This document shows positions 21,319-30,833 of a DNA stretch of 64,000 bases, in pieces. Numbering within the stretch: the stretch's first letter is position 1; each line of letters starts with the position of its first letter. The stretch is from the NCBI GenBank assembly GCA_963836185.1, contig CAWIIQ010000001.1, positions 544,001-608,000 of the forward strand, read 5' to 3'. Source of the stretch: Candidatus Krumholzibacteriia bacterium. Lineage in GTDB: Bacteria; Krumholzibacteriota; Krumholzibacteriia; Krumholzibacteriales; Krumholzibacteriaceae. The position numbers and the translations under genes were made by a program. The notes below the pieces were generated by a model. The model ran no database searches and was not told the origin of the DNA. It was given only the letters and a program-made list of their open reading frames with translations.

Positions 21319-22665
21319 TTACCAGGCTGCCACGCAGATTCCATCGCGGCATTCGAGGGGGGGAGGTACGGGCACATCGCAGGTCGACATGTATCCATAT
21401 TTCATGTTCATGTAGTCCTCGAACGAGGCGTGTTCACTGACGAGTGCCTGCAGGTGCTGCTCGTCGACCGTCGAGGCTGAATAGATGAGAAACATCCAGG
21501 GGCCGCCGCATGGCTTCGAGCCTGTTCCGATGACCCTGCAGTCGTCATCGCCCGAACAGTACGGGGTTCCGATGTAATCGACGATCCTTTCGAACAACTC
21601 CTTCAACTTTGCCTGGTCCTGCTCTTCGCTAAATTCGACATCCCAGGGATATCCCTCGCGCTGGACGCAGTATTTCCAGGTGCCCTCCCGGGAGAGGTCG
21701 ACCGTGATCTCGAGCTGCTCCTGTCCCACGGGGAGGTACGGCTCGACGAACCGGATCGTCGTGACCGCCTGCTCGTAGTTGGCTATCGAGTAGTTGACGT
21801 CATATAGACAGATGCAGTCGCAGAGCCCGCCGGGCGGGTGCTCGATCCCGGTGATCGTTATAAGGCCCTCCGCGAATTCGAAGTCGGCGTCGAGGGCGTC
21901 GACGCAGCAGTTGTATGCCGTATTCGTTTGGTATATCCGAAGGAGGTTGTCGGCGGGGAAGTTATACAATATCACGCATGCGGAATCGGCGCTTAAAGAT
22001 CCGGCGTCGTCGTTTGTCCCGGTCACGTCCTTGCACCCGCTGTAGTTATCGATCATGCCGATCGGATCCTCGCCGGCCTGGCCGGTGTTCCACGGGTATG
22101 TGAATCGCTGAACGCAGTGTGAGCCTGAAGGTTCGGCATCGAGGTCTATCGAGATATAGAGCGGTTCCGCTCCCTCGTCGAGATACTCCTCGAAGAACCT
22201 TATCCAGAGGGCGCCTCCTTCTATCCCCGCTATCTCGTATGAGAGATCGTAAAGGCAGAGGCAGTGGCACATCAAAGCGTCGTCGCCTTCGGTCTCCGTG
22301 ATATTGAGTCCCACGAGTTGAGTATCATCCTGGTTGTCATAGATGGCGTTGTAAACGGGTTCGATGAGCCCGACAATCGTCCCGGGGCAGCAGTTCAGAG
22401 CCGCGTTAAGATGGACGACCCTCAGGGTATCGGAGCCGTCCCATTCCCAGAAGACGCAGTCCAGAACGGTCGGCGCGCCGGCATCGAAGCCATATTCGTT
22501 CTCCTTGCACTCTGTAGCGTGGACGAGTGTCCCGGAGAGGTTTAAGGGCTCATGGCCGACCGGCGGTGTGATCTCGTCGCTGCAGCCGTGCGTGAGAAGC
22601 GCGAGTGTCAGGATCATCGTCGAGAGTGATATAAGGCGGATCAGGCGAGTCTTGTCGGAAAACAT
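21319..22665 (-). CDS. Cysteine-rich lipoprotein with two NCC...CxCxC repeats and a C-terminal KPCGGP domain
   Basis: Lipobox THGC; duplicated LNCC..CHCLCLYDL and YNCC..CDCICLYDV; GSKPCGGPW domain. Confidence 0.75.
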   Translation of the reverse strand: MFSDKTRLIRLISLSTMILTLALLTHGCSDEITPPVGHEPLNLSGTLVHATECKENEYGFDAGAPTVLDCVFWEWDGSDTLRVVHLNAALNCCPGTIVGLIEPVYNAIYDNQDDTQLVGLNITETEGDDALMCHCLCLYDLSYEIAGIEGGALWIRFFEEYLDEGAEPLYISIDLDAEPSGSHCVQRFTYPWNTGQAGEDPIGMIDNYSGCKDVTGTNDDAGSLSADSACVILYNFPADNLLRIYQTNTAYNCCVDALDADFEFAEGLITITGIEHPPGGLCDCICLYDVNYSIANYEQAVTTIRFVEPYLPVGQEQLEITVDLSREGTWKYCVQREGYPWDVEFSEEQDQAKLKELFERIVDYIGTPYCSGDDDCRVIGTGSKPCGGPWMFLIYSASTVDEQHLQALVSEHASFEDYMNMKYGYMSTCDVPVPPPLECRDGICVAAW

Positions 22666-22833
22666 CGTAATCATCCCCCTGGCCCGAGAGGGCCGGAATA
22701 TCGCGGTGAGGTCCACATATAAAGATAGCCGCGTACCCTGGGCGTGTCAACCGCCTCGGGAAGGTGTATAACCCGTTGAACACACAGGGCCGTTCCGCTA
22801 GAGTATCGGTGGTTCTTTTACAAGGCGGTAGAT

Positions 22834-25302
22834 ATGACAAAGCGTACGAAAAGACTGCTTGTTACCCTCTGCGTCATCGCCGGGGTGATAATAGCGGCGA
22901 GTATAATTCTCAGGGTCGTGCTTACCAAGGAACGTCTCACAGCGATGATCGTACCGAGGATCGAGGCGCGCGCAGGCGCCGAGATCGAATTTGCCGACAT
23001 CGGCATCAGGTTTCCATTCGGGTTCGGCGTGAGGATCGACAGGCTGCAGGTCTCCAGGGTCATGCCGGAGGGAGGAGCGATCAGCCTGACCGCCGAGAAA
23101 TTCAACGTAGATGTCTCGCTTATGAGCCTCGTGAGGCGCAGGCCCGAGGTCAAGAGTGTCACCCTCGGGGGAGCGGCCCTGAGCATAACGGGCGTGGCGC
23201 CTGATATCGATGTTGAGGTCGAGCAGCTCGGCGCGAAACTGTCGATGACTCCGTTTGATTCGATCTTTGTCCTCGATCCGGATATCTCCGCGGAAAAGAT
23301 CACGATCATCACGACAGCGACAGGCGAGAGGATGGAACTGCCTCCGTTGAGCTTCAGCGGAAGGGTTGAGGCGCAGGCCGACCTGACCCGGGCGGCCGTA
23401 AGGGACGGTAAACTTTCGATCGCCGACCTCGCGGCCTTCCAGGTCGAGGGCGACATGGCCGACCTGCGCGGAAGCCGGGAATTCACCATGAGCGTGAAAT
23501 CGTCAGGCCTCGAGGTGAAGCAGCTCTTTGGCCTTCTCGTGGAGAAGGGGTTGCTGAAACTGCCGGAGGATCAGCCTGAATTCACTGTCGAGAGCGGGAC
23601 CGCGGGTATCGAGGCAAGGGCCGCCGGCATGGTTTCCGATCCTTCCGGGATCATGGTCAGCGGCAGGTTCGATATGGAAGAGCTGGTGGTCAGCGTGCGG
23701 CCGGCCCCGGCGCTCACGGCGGATGGATCTGTCGATTTCTCCGATTCGCGGGTGTCGTCAAAGAATCTATCGCTCAAGACGGAAAAATCGAAGGCGACGG
23801 TCGCTTTCGGGATGGATATAGACAAGGCACAGAAAAAGCCCGAATACCTCAGCTTCGACGTCCAGGCCAGAATCGATCTGGGCGAGCTGAGCTCGATAGC
23901 GCCTGCCGGGCCTGATCAGGAAGAACCGATTGTAATGGAGGGGACACTGAAAACCGTTTTCAAGGGAGGCGCCCGGCCCGTTACCCTGAAGAATCTCTTC
24001 CCGCCCAAAGATGGCGGAACCACTCCGGAGAAGATCTCCCGCGCATGGAAGGATCTCAAGCTCGACGGGACCATCGATCTGTCCGCTGACGAACTGTCCG
24101 GGGAGAAGGGTCCGGCGAGTATCTCCTCGCTTGAAACGACAGCCGCTATCAACGGCGGGAGCGTCAAGTCGATCGATGCATCGTTCGATATGGGGGGAAG
24201 GCCGTGGAAGGTCAAGGGTGAGATGAAGGATGTCATGCCGGCTCTCGCCGAGCTGATGCTCTTCGCCCAGAAAGGCGAGATGCCTGAAACGCTGGGGCCG
24301 GTGCTCGACGGGCTCATCAATTCCCCCGACATGTCGATATATGTGGAGGGACGGGCGTTCGATGCCGCGGCATTCCAGGCCGAGGCCGAAAAGGCGAAAA
24401 TCTCGGCTGACAAGAGTTCCGGCGGCGGGGGTGCGCCGATGGAAAAGGCCGGCGCTGACCCTATGATCGCGAATCCCGTGACACTTCTTATGCTGAAGAA
24501 GACATTCGTATCCGTGAAGGTAGATTCGATAATCTCGAAGGGGGCTGTCCTTACATCCCTCGACGCCCGGGGCAGGATAAGCAACGGTGTTCTCCGGGCG
24601 GACCCCGTTACGGTCGAATACGCAGGCGGTAAAGGGAAAGGCAGGCTTGTCTCGGATCTTCGCGATCCATCGAAGATACGTAATGATATAGACATAGATT
24701 TTACCGGCATCGATGCGGGCAAGGCTCTTTCGGGTTTCAACAGCGCCGGAGGCCTGGTGAGCGGGAAATTCGCAATGAAACTCGACGGCCGGTTCGCCGC
24801 GGGCCCCGGTATGGATATCCTGCAGAACCTGACCGCCACAGGCAGGGCGACCTCTACGAGCGGCACGGTCGATTTCACGCGGTTTATGGCTCCGCTCAAG
24901 TCGGCGGGATTCAACCTTTCCTCGATCGAGAAGTTTGATTTCCACGAGTGGACCGAGAAGTTCGTGATCGATAAGGGCAGGGTCAGCAGCGAGGTCTGGA
25001 CGATAAAGTCGAATAGCGGAGACTGGGACGTCGCGGGATCGTTCGGTTTCGACGGGACGCTCGACTACAAGGCGGGACTAGTGATAAACCCGCAGCAGCA
25101 GGCGCAGATGAAGGATCTGGCTAAGTACGCCGCGATCATCGATCTCTTCAAGGATGACGCGGGGAACATACTCCTTATGCTCGATATCGGAGGCACGGCA
25201 AAGCAGCCGAAAGTGAGGCTCGATCAGTCGAGGGCTAAGGAGAACGCGGGGAAAAAGCTGATCGATGGAGCCAGGGACAAGCTCAAGGACCTGTTCAAAT
25301 AG
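22834..25302 (+). CDS. AsmA-family protein
   Basis: N-terminal TM, beta-rich body, C-terminal GSFGFDGTLDY...IGGTAKQPKV typical of AsmA-like C-termini. Confidence 0.8.
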   Translation: MTKRTKRLLVTLCVIAGVIIAASIILRVVLTKERLTAMIVPRIEARAGAEIEFADIGIRFPFGFGVRIDRLQVSRVMPEGGAISLTAEKFNVDVSLMSLVRRRPEVKSVTLGGAALSITGVAPDIDVEVEQLGAKLSMTPFDSIFVLDPDISAEKITIITTATGERMELPPLSFSGRVEAQADLTRAAVRDGKLSIADLAAFQVEGDMADLRGSREFTMSVKSSGLEVKQLFGLLVEKGLLKLPEDQPEFTVESGTAGIEARAAGMVSDPSGIMVSGRFDMEELVVSVRPAPALTADGSVDFSDSRVSSKNLSLKTEKSKATVAFGMDIDKAQKKPEYLSFDVQARIDLGELSSIAPAGPDQEEPIVMEGTLKTVFKGGARPVTLKNLFPPKDGGTTPEKISRAWKDLKLDGTIDLSADELSGEKGPASISSLETTAAINGGSVKSIDASFDMGGRPWKVKGEMKDVMPALAELMLFAQKGEMPETLGPVLDGLINSPDMSIYVEGRAFDAAAFQAEAEKAKISADKSSGGGGAPMEKAGADPMIANPVTLLMLKKTFVSVKVDSIISKGAVLTSLDARGRISNGVLRADPVTVEYAGGKGKGRLVSDLRDPSKIRNDIDIDFTGIDAGKALSGFNSAGGLVSGKFAMKLDGRFAAGPGMDILQNLTATGRATSTSGTVDFTRFMAPLKSAGFNLSSIEKFDFHEWTEKFVIDKGRVSSEVWTIKSNSGDWDVAGSFGFDGTLDYKAGLVINPQQQAQMKDLAKYAAIIDLFKDDAGNILLMLDIGGTAKQPKVRLDQSRAKENAGKKLIDGARDKLKDLFK

Positions 25303-25324
25303 GACGACGATCGACTGTGCATAG

Positions 25325-25378
25325 AAAAAGCCCCCCGGGATCAGCGGCTCTCAAGCCGCGTCTCCCGAGGGGCATTTT
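25325..25378. terminator. Bidirectional terminator-like hairpin
   Basis: AAAAAGCCCCCCGGGA...TCCCGAGGGGCATTTT between convergent genes. Confidence 0.65.
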
Positions 25379-25396
25379 ATCTAAACTATGCGACCT

Positions 25397-26242
25397 CTAC
25401 TCAGAGTAGTTCAGGGCCGCGGCGCGTCCGTTTACCTCGACGATGCTTTTCAGCTCGTCACAGGTAGATATGATCGGACGGTCGTTGATCGAGGACGGGC
25501 TCGGACCTATCTTGAACGACAGGTTGTCGAGATCCTCGAGAAGCAGAAGGCCGAAAGTAACGACAAGAGCGTTGCCGTAATAGGCCTCGTGCCATTCCCT
25601 GTTGAACGTGATAGCGACGCCGCTGAACGGATCGCCCATCGTCAACTCGACTGCATCCGAATAACTGACATACGAATGGGTATACTGCGTGCCAAGCTGA
25701 AGAGGATTGCCATTCTGGTCCTCTATCGTTACCTGGAACTCGGTGCCAAACGCACACTCCTGATCTCCACCCTCGAGCATAATGAATATGTAGCAATCGA
25801 GAGGTGTGAACGCCATCGTCTCGCCGCCGCACACAGTCGCTTCGCCATCATAGAAGATAGCGATCGAAGGATTGGCAGGAACTTCGACGTCGAGAGTGTA
25901 AGCGGCCTGGTCGGTGTGGGGAGTTCCGGCGGCGTCAGTAGCGACGACGCTGAAGTTCCACGTACCCGAGTCCTCCAGAAGCCCCATGATCTGGCCTTCC
26001 GAGGAAAGGGTGACACCGGCAGGAAGCGTCGAACCAGCAGCAAGGGACCAGGTGTAAGGTGCCGTACCGCCGGTAGCTTCGAGCTGGATGTTGTACGGAG
26101 TACAGGTGTAACCCGTAGAAATCGCAGCGGTGGTGATCCCGAACTCTGTCGGCTCAGGGTTCACCGGTGAATCGTCATCCGAACAGGCAACCATTAGCCC
26201 GGCCAGTGACAATGCCATAAGGACCAGGAAGACCTTCCTCAT
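25397..26242 (-). CDS. Lipoprotein with putative Ig (He_PIG-type) domain
   Basis: Lipobox MVAC; ATGGTAPYTWS..G.LPAGVTLSSEGQI motif; RBS GGAGG. Confidence 0.8.
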   Translation of the reverse strand: MRKVFLVLMALSLAGLMVACSDDDSPVNPEPTEFGITTAAISTGYTCTPYNIQLEATGGTAPYTWSLAAGSTLPAGVTLSSEGQIMGLLEDSGTWNFSVVATDAAGTPHTDQAAYTLDVEVPANPSIAIFYDGEATVCGGETMAFTPLDCYIFIMLEGGDQECAFGTEFQVTIEDQNGNPLQLGTQYTHSYVSYSDAVELTMGDPFSGVAITFNREWHEAYYGNALVVTFGLLLLEDLDNLSFKIGPSPSSINDRPIISTCDELKSIVEVNGRAAALNYSE

Positions 26243-26295
26243 GATGAGACCTCCTTCTCTTCAAGTGAGTCCTGTTGTCCCCTCGACGACCTTTG

Positions 26296-26312
26296 AGCAA
26301 CCAGTGTGCCAA
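26296..26312 (-). promoter_or_regulatory. Sigma54 (-24/-12) promoter
   Basis: Minus strand reads TTGGCAC-ACTGG-TTGCT, an exact TGGCAC-N5-TTGC match about 55 nt upstream of the lipoprotein start. Confidence 0.8.
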
Positions 26313-26476
26313 TCACAACCGGCTCTTCTTGTGGTGTGTTAACGTCTGTTATTATAGGGATTTAGACCTATTGCGAGAAGGGTGTCTCAGGGCCCGGTAC
26401 TGCCCAGTTGATTCTCATAATGCCATACTCGTGCGTGTAGCGTTCTGCCATGTTCTCTGATTGCGTGCTGTTGAGC

Positions 26477-27109
26477 CTACCGGTCCCTCATCGCTCTTTT
26501 CAGCGCTGTAAAGACCTCGGTTGGGGCAGGGGTGCCTTCTATGGCTAACAGGCGGCCCGCATCGCGGTACATGTCTATCACGGGCTGGACGTCGCTGTGG
26601 AATATCTCGAGTCTTTTTCGTATCGCCCCGGCGTTATCATCGGGGCGCAGCCCGATTTCTCCACCGCATGCATTGCAGACGCCGGTCCTCGCCGGAGGGT
26701 GGAAAGCCGCGTGGTAGATAGCGCCGCAGCCGGAGCAGGTGAGGCGGCTCGATATCCTGTCGACAATAAGATCGTCAGGAACGTCGATGAGCAGACACCG
26801 CCCGGGGCGGTACCTTGCATCGAGCTTTTCAGCCTGGTAGATGGTCCGGGGGAATCCGTCGAGGATATATCCCGAAGAGTATCCTTTTCTCTCTATATAA
26901 TTGAATACGACATCGGTGATCAGCTCCTGCGGGCCGATCTCTCCCCTGAGCACGTATTCCTCTATCCGTACGCCGAACGGGGTCCTTTCCTTTATCTCGT
27001 CGCGAAGTATCGCTCCGCTGGAAAGATGGGGCAGCCCTGTCTCTTCAGACAGCATCGCTGCCTGCGTTCCCTTCCCCGATCCCGGTTTTCCCAGCAGAAC
27101 AATTCGCAT
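26477..27109 (-). CDS. adk: Adenylate kinase with zinc LID
   Basis: GKPGSGKGTQ P-loop, LDGFPRT, CxxC...CxxC LID, RPDD. Confidence 0.93.
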   Translation of the reverse strand: MRIVLLGKPGSGKGTQAAMLSEETGLPHLSSGAILRDEIKERTPFGVRIEEYVLRGEIGPQELITDVVFNYIERKGYSSGYILDGFPRTIYQAEKLDARYRPGRCLLIDVPDDLIVDRISSRLTCSGCGAIYHAAFHPPARTGVCNACGGEIGLRPDDNAGAIRKRLEIFHSDVQPVIDMYRDAGRLLAIEGTPAPTEVFTALKRAMRDR

Positions 27110-27182
27110 ATTCATCCTTTTGCCGTGAATATTCGAGGCGGCTACAGGGTATTATGTACGGCCGGAAGGGGTCAATGAGTGA

Positions 27183-27211
27183 TTGTCGGCCGCGCCGCGA
27201 GGCGGTATAAT
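27183..27211 (+). promoter_or_regulatory. Sigma70-type promoter for lemA-htpX
   Basis: TTGTCG-N17-TATAAT. Confidence 0.55.
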
Positions 27212-27267
27212 CGTGGCCGGATACTTAAGCGGCGGAATCAACCGGGAAACTGTGGAGGTAGGAAGCT

Positions 27268-27819
27268 ATGGCATGGATACTTTTGATCGCGGTCGTCCTG
27301 ATCGTCTTCTGGGCGGTCGGCCTGTACAACACGCTCGTACGGCTTCGCAAGAGGTGCGACAACGGGTGGGCGCAGATCGACGTTCAGCTAAAACGCAGGT
27401 ATGACCTGATACCGAACCTCGTGGAGACGGCCAAGGGTTATCTCAAGCACGAGAGAGAGGTCCTCGAAAATGTGACCAAGGCAAGGCAGCAGGCGATAGA
27501 CGCATCTGGAGTGAAGGATCAGGCGCAGGCCGAGAATTTCCTCTCGCAGACGCTGAAATCCCTGTTCGCGGTCGTTGAGGCCTATCCCGACCTGAAGGCG
27601 AACCAGAACATGCTCGCCGTTCAGGAGGAGCTCGTCTCGACGGAGAACAAGATCTCGTTTGCGAGGCAGCACTATAATGACACCGTTATGAGGTATAACA
27701 CGAGGACCGAGGTCTTCCCCTCGAGCATCGTCGCCGGCATGTTCGGATTCGAGGAACGCGAATTCTTCGAGCTCGAAGACGAAGCGCAGCGCGAGGCGCC
27801 CAAGGTCGACTTCTCCTGA
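27268..27819 (+). CDS. lemA: LemA family protein
   Basis: YN.LV, WAQIDVQLKRRYDLIPNLVET, EAYPDLKAN, RQHYN..V..YN...FP. Confidence 0.96.
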   Translation: MAWILLIAVVLIVFWAVGLYNTLVRLRKRCDNGWAQIDVQLKRRYDLIPNLVETAKGYLKHEREVLENVTKARQQAIDASGVKDQAQAENFLSQTLKSLFAVVEAYPDLKANQNMLAVQEELVSTENKISFARQHYNDTVMRYNTRTEVFPSSIVAGMFGFEEREFFELEDEAQREAPKVDFS

Positions 27820-27825
27820 TAAGAC

Positions 27826-28716
27826 ATGTACGACCAGATATCGCAGAACAAGCGGAACTCATGGTTGCTCGTGATCGTCATCACGATCTTCCTCGTGCTT
27901 CTCGGGTACCTGATGGGAGAGTACTGGGCGAAGGGATACGGTTACGGGGGGATCATATTCGCTCTGGTTATCGCCCTCATCTCGGGGCTGATAAGCTATT
28001 ACGGCGGCGCCGGCATGATACTGGCGATGAGCCGGGCTAAAAAGATCGAGAAGAAGGACCACCCGCAACTGTTCAATGTGATCGATGAGCTCTCGATCTC
28101 TGCCGGCGTGCCGATGCCCGCTATCTATATAATAGATGATACGGCGCCGAACGCCTTCGCTACGGGACGCGATCCCGAGCACGCCTCTGTCGCCATCACG
28201 ACGGGACTGCTTTCAAAGCTCGACCGCGACGAACTGCAGGGTGTGATGGCCCACGAACTCTCACATGTCCAGAACCGCGACATCCTCTTTTCGATGATGG
28301 TCGGGATCATGGTCGGTTCGATCGTCCTTATAAGTGATTTTTTCGTTCGCAGCGTCATCTGGGGAAGGGGAGGCAGGAGAAAGGGGAACGACAAGAGCTC
28401 GGGGCCGCTGATCCTCATCGGCCTGGTCCTCGCCATACTTGCGCCCATTTTCGCGAAAATGCTCCAGCTGGCCGTATCGAGGCAGCGCGAGTATCTCGCC
28501 GACGCCTCGGCGGCGCTGATAACACGTTATCCGGAGGGACTCGCCAGCGCGCTGGAAAAGATATCGGAGGACAAGGAAGTCCTGGAGGTCGCCAACCGGG
28601 CGACGCAGCACCTCTATATCGTCAACCCGATCAAGCCGTTCGAGAAGCGGGCGAAATCGCTGTTCAGCACACACCCACCGATCGAAGAGCGTGTAGCGAG
28701 ACTTCGTTCAATGTAA
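27826..28716 (+). CDS. htpX: HtpX-like M48 zinc metalloprotease
   Basis: PNAFATG, HELSH, SRQREYLAD, FSTHPP; follows lemA. Confidence 0.95.
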   Translation: MYDQISQNKRNSWLLVIVITIFLVLLGYLMGEYWAKGYGYGGIIFALVIALISGLISYYGGAGMILAMSRAKKIEKKDHPQLFNVIDELSISAGVPMPAIYIIDDTAPNAFATGRDPEHASVAITTGLLSKLDRDELQGVMAHELSHVQNRDILFSMMVGIMVGSIVLISDFFVRSVIWGRGGRRKGNDKSSGPLILIGLVLAILAPIFAKMLQLAVSRQREYLADASAALITRYPEGLASALEKISEDKEVLEVANRATQHLYIVNPIKPFEKRAKSLFSTHPPIEERVARLRSM

Positions 28717-28721
28717 TAAAG

Positions 28722-28815
28722 GCCCGGTATTCCCCTCGGAATCCCCGGATGAAACGCCGATATTCCCCTCTGAATCCCCGGAGGCACCGAGGGATTCAAC
28801 GGGGAATACCGGCTC
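28722..28815. repeat. Intergenic palindromic (REP-like) element: two direct copies plus one inverted copy
   Basis: CCGGTATTCCCCTCGGAATCCCCGGA (28724-28749), CCGATATTCCCCTCTGAATCCCCGGA (28757-28782), inverted copy about 28787-28812. Confidence 0.7.
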
Positions 28816-28835
28816 TTATGACTCTGAAATAAATA

Positions 28836-29798
28836 TCAGACCAGCAACTTGCCCGAATCCATAATAACCTTGCCGTCCAGCTCGAGCGTCGGGTCCTTGA
28901 TTATCCCATCCAGATGGATCGGGACGTCGAAAGTGCCGCCCATCGACATATTGTTACCCAGTGCGATGTGGACGGTGCCCATGACCTTTTCGTCCTCGAG
29001 TATGTTCCCGATGATCTTTGCCGCGTCGTTGGTTCCGACACCGAGCTCGGCGGTATGGAAAGCCTTCTTTCCGACGGCTTCGAGCTTCGACCTCAGCTCA
29101 TCGGCTTCAGGGCCGCCGGTGATCTCTACGGCGTAGCCTCCCTCGACCTTGATCGTGATCGGCGTCTTGCCGTTCAGGTCGCCGATTCCCGCCATCGAGC
29201 CGTCGACTATAAATACGCCGTGCGACTGTTCCTCCGCCGGCATCATGTACGATTCGCCCGAAGGGAGGTTGCCGAAAGAGCCGGGATCGTGGATCAGCCC
29301 CGTAGACGGTATCGCGTTTATCCCGTCTATAGGGATCGTGAGGTCGGTGCCGAGGGCCGTTGTCACCCTGGCGACCTTCGCCTTGTCGAGAAGGGCAGTG
29401 ACTTCGTGGGTCCTGTCCGCGATAGCGTAATAATCGGCGTTGAGGCACCTGACCATCGTGTCGAGAGTGATGCCGGGCATCGTTGCCACCCTCGAACCGG
29501 CCTCGCACGCGTTACGCCGCGCCGCTGTATGGGTCAGAGATTTCGAGGCGGGGCAGATGACGGCGTCTGCGAATTTCATCGCCTCCGAGACCATCTTCGG
29601 CGGTTCTTCGCCGTTTCGGCTCAACGGCTGCATCTCCATTATCACGCTTGTCGCGCCGAGTGAGCGTCCTGCCTCGACGAGGGCCCTGCCTATCCCGACC
29701 AGTTCGGTGTCGGTCACTACGAGTAGTTTCTCGCCTTCGACAACCTTGAGGCAGTCCCTTACAGCTATCAGGGCCGAGTCCATCAGAGCCTTGTCCAT
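28836..29798 (-). CDS. Aminopeptidase (M29/thermophilic metalloprotease-like)
   Basis: GNLPSGE, AELGVGTN, EDEK..GTVHIALG, HLD motifs. Confidence 0.9.
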   Translation of the reverse strand: MDKALMDSALIAVRDCLKVVEGEKLLVVTDTELVGIGRALVEAGRSLGATSVIMEMQPLSRNGEEPPKMVSEAMKFADAVICPASKSLTHTAARRNACEAGSRVATMPGITLDTMVRCLNADYYAIADRTHEVTALLDKAKVARVTTALGTDLTIPIDGINAIPSTGLIHDPGSFGNLPSGESYMMPAEEQSHGVFIVDGSMAGIGDLNGKTPITIKVEGGYAVEITGGPEADELRSKLEAVGKKAFHTAELGVGTNDAAKIIGNILEDEKVMGTVHIALGNNMSMGGTFDVPIHLDGIIKDPTLELDGKVIMDSGKLLV

Positions 29799-29871
29799 TA
29801 TGGTCCTTTCGTTTCATTTGAATGTTGATTGCGTATTCAGCGTGGAGATTCTAGCAGGTACCGCGGGACAG

Positions 29872-30833
29872 TTACAGGCCGAATTCCTGCGGGGGAGGGG
29901 CAGTGATCTCGATCGTTTCTTTCGTCACGGGATGCGGCAGCGATATCTTCCACGCGTGAAGGAGCATTCGGCCCTGCCGGTCTCCACCCCGGTCGCTGCC
30001 GTATACGGGATCGCCCGACACGGGATGACCGATCGACAGCATGTGAGCCCTGATCTGGTGCGTCCTGCCTGTTTCTATCCTTATCTCGAGCAGGGCGCGT
30101 TCATCCGGCAGTTTCCTGATCACCGAGAAATGGGTCACGGCGCTCTGGCCGGCACTGTCGGGCGACCGCCCTCGACGACTCGCCCTTTTCTATCGAAAGA
30201 GGCGTGTCTATCGTTCCGCTTCGTTCCCCGGGTACGCCGTCTACGACGGCGAGGTATGTCTTTACCGGCTCTCCCCCGGCAAACGCCCGCGACATCTCGC
30301 GAGCGGCGAGTCGGGTCTTGGCGATGACCAGCACTCCCGATGTCTCGATGTCCAGCCTGTGAACGGGTGATGCGGCGAAGAGCGGCGGTCCGTCCGGGTC
30401 CTGCTCCGCGGGAGGCAGGTACCTGCACAGCAGATCGAGGAGCGATCCGAGCTCGCTGCGGTTCCCGGGCTGCACGGGAAGCCCGGCCGGTTTGTCTATC
30501 ACGAGTATGTCCCTGTCCTCGATGCAGTACGGCTATTCCCATGCCGATATCTCCGAACCTCATCGCCGGTTTCTCGTCTCCTGCGGGGACTTCGGGGAGG
30601 ACCTCGGCCGGCCTGTCTTTGCGAAGGCGTATCTCGACTACGTCACCGTCCTTGAGCCTCGCCTTCCCCGGAACCTTTTCGCCGTTAAGCCGGATCTTGC
30701 CCTTCCTGATAAGGGTCTGAATGACGGGAAAGGAGAGAGCGGGACGCACAGCTCTTACGAACCTGTCCAGCCTCGATCCTGTCCAGTCTTCCATCACGGT
30801 TATCTTTGTCTCTTCTATCTCGCTCATCGTCAT
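29872..30833 (-). CDS. RluA/RluC-family pseudouridine synthase with S4 domain (frameshifts near 30520 and 30140)
   Basis: RLDRF S4 motif, DKPAGL, HRLDIETSG, TGRTHQIRAH, LHA spread across three frames. Confidence 0.88.

Noticed and set aside
28722-28815. Mini CRISPR array
   Set aside because: Only two direct copies with a 7-nt gap, a third copy inverted, and no cas genes.
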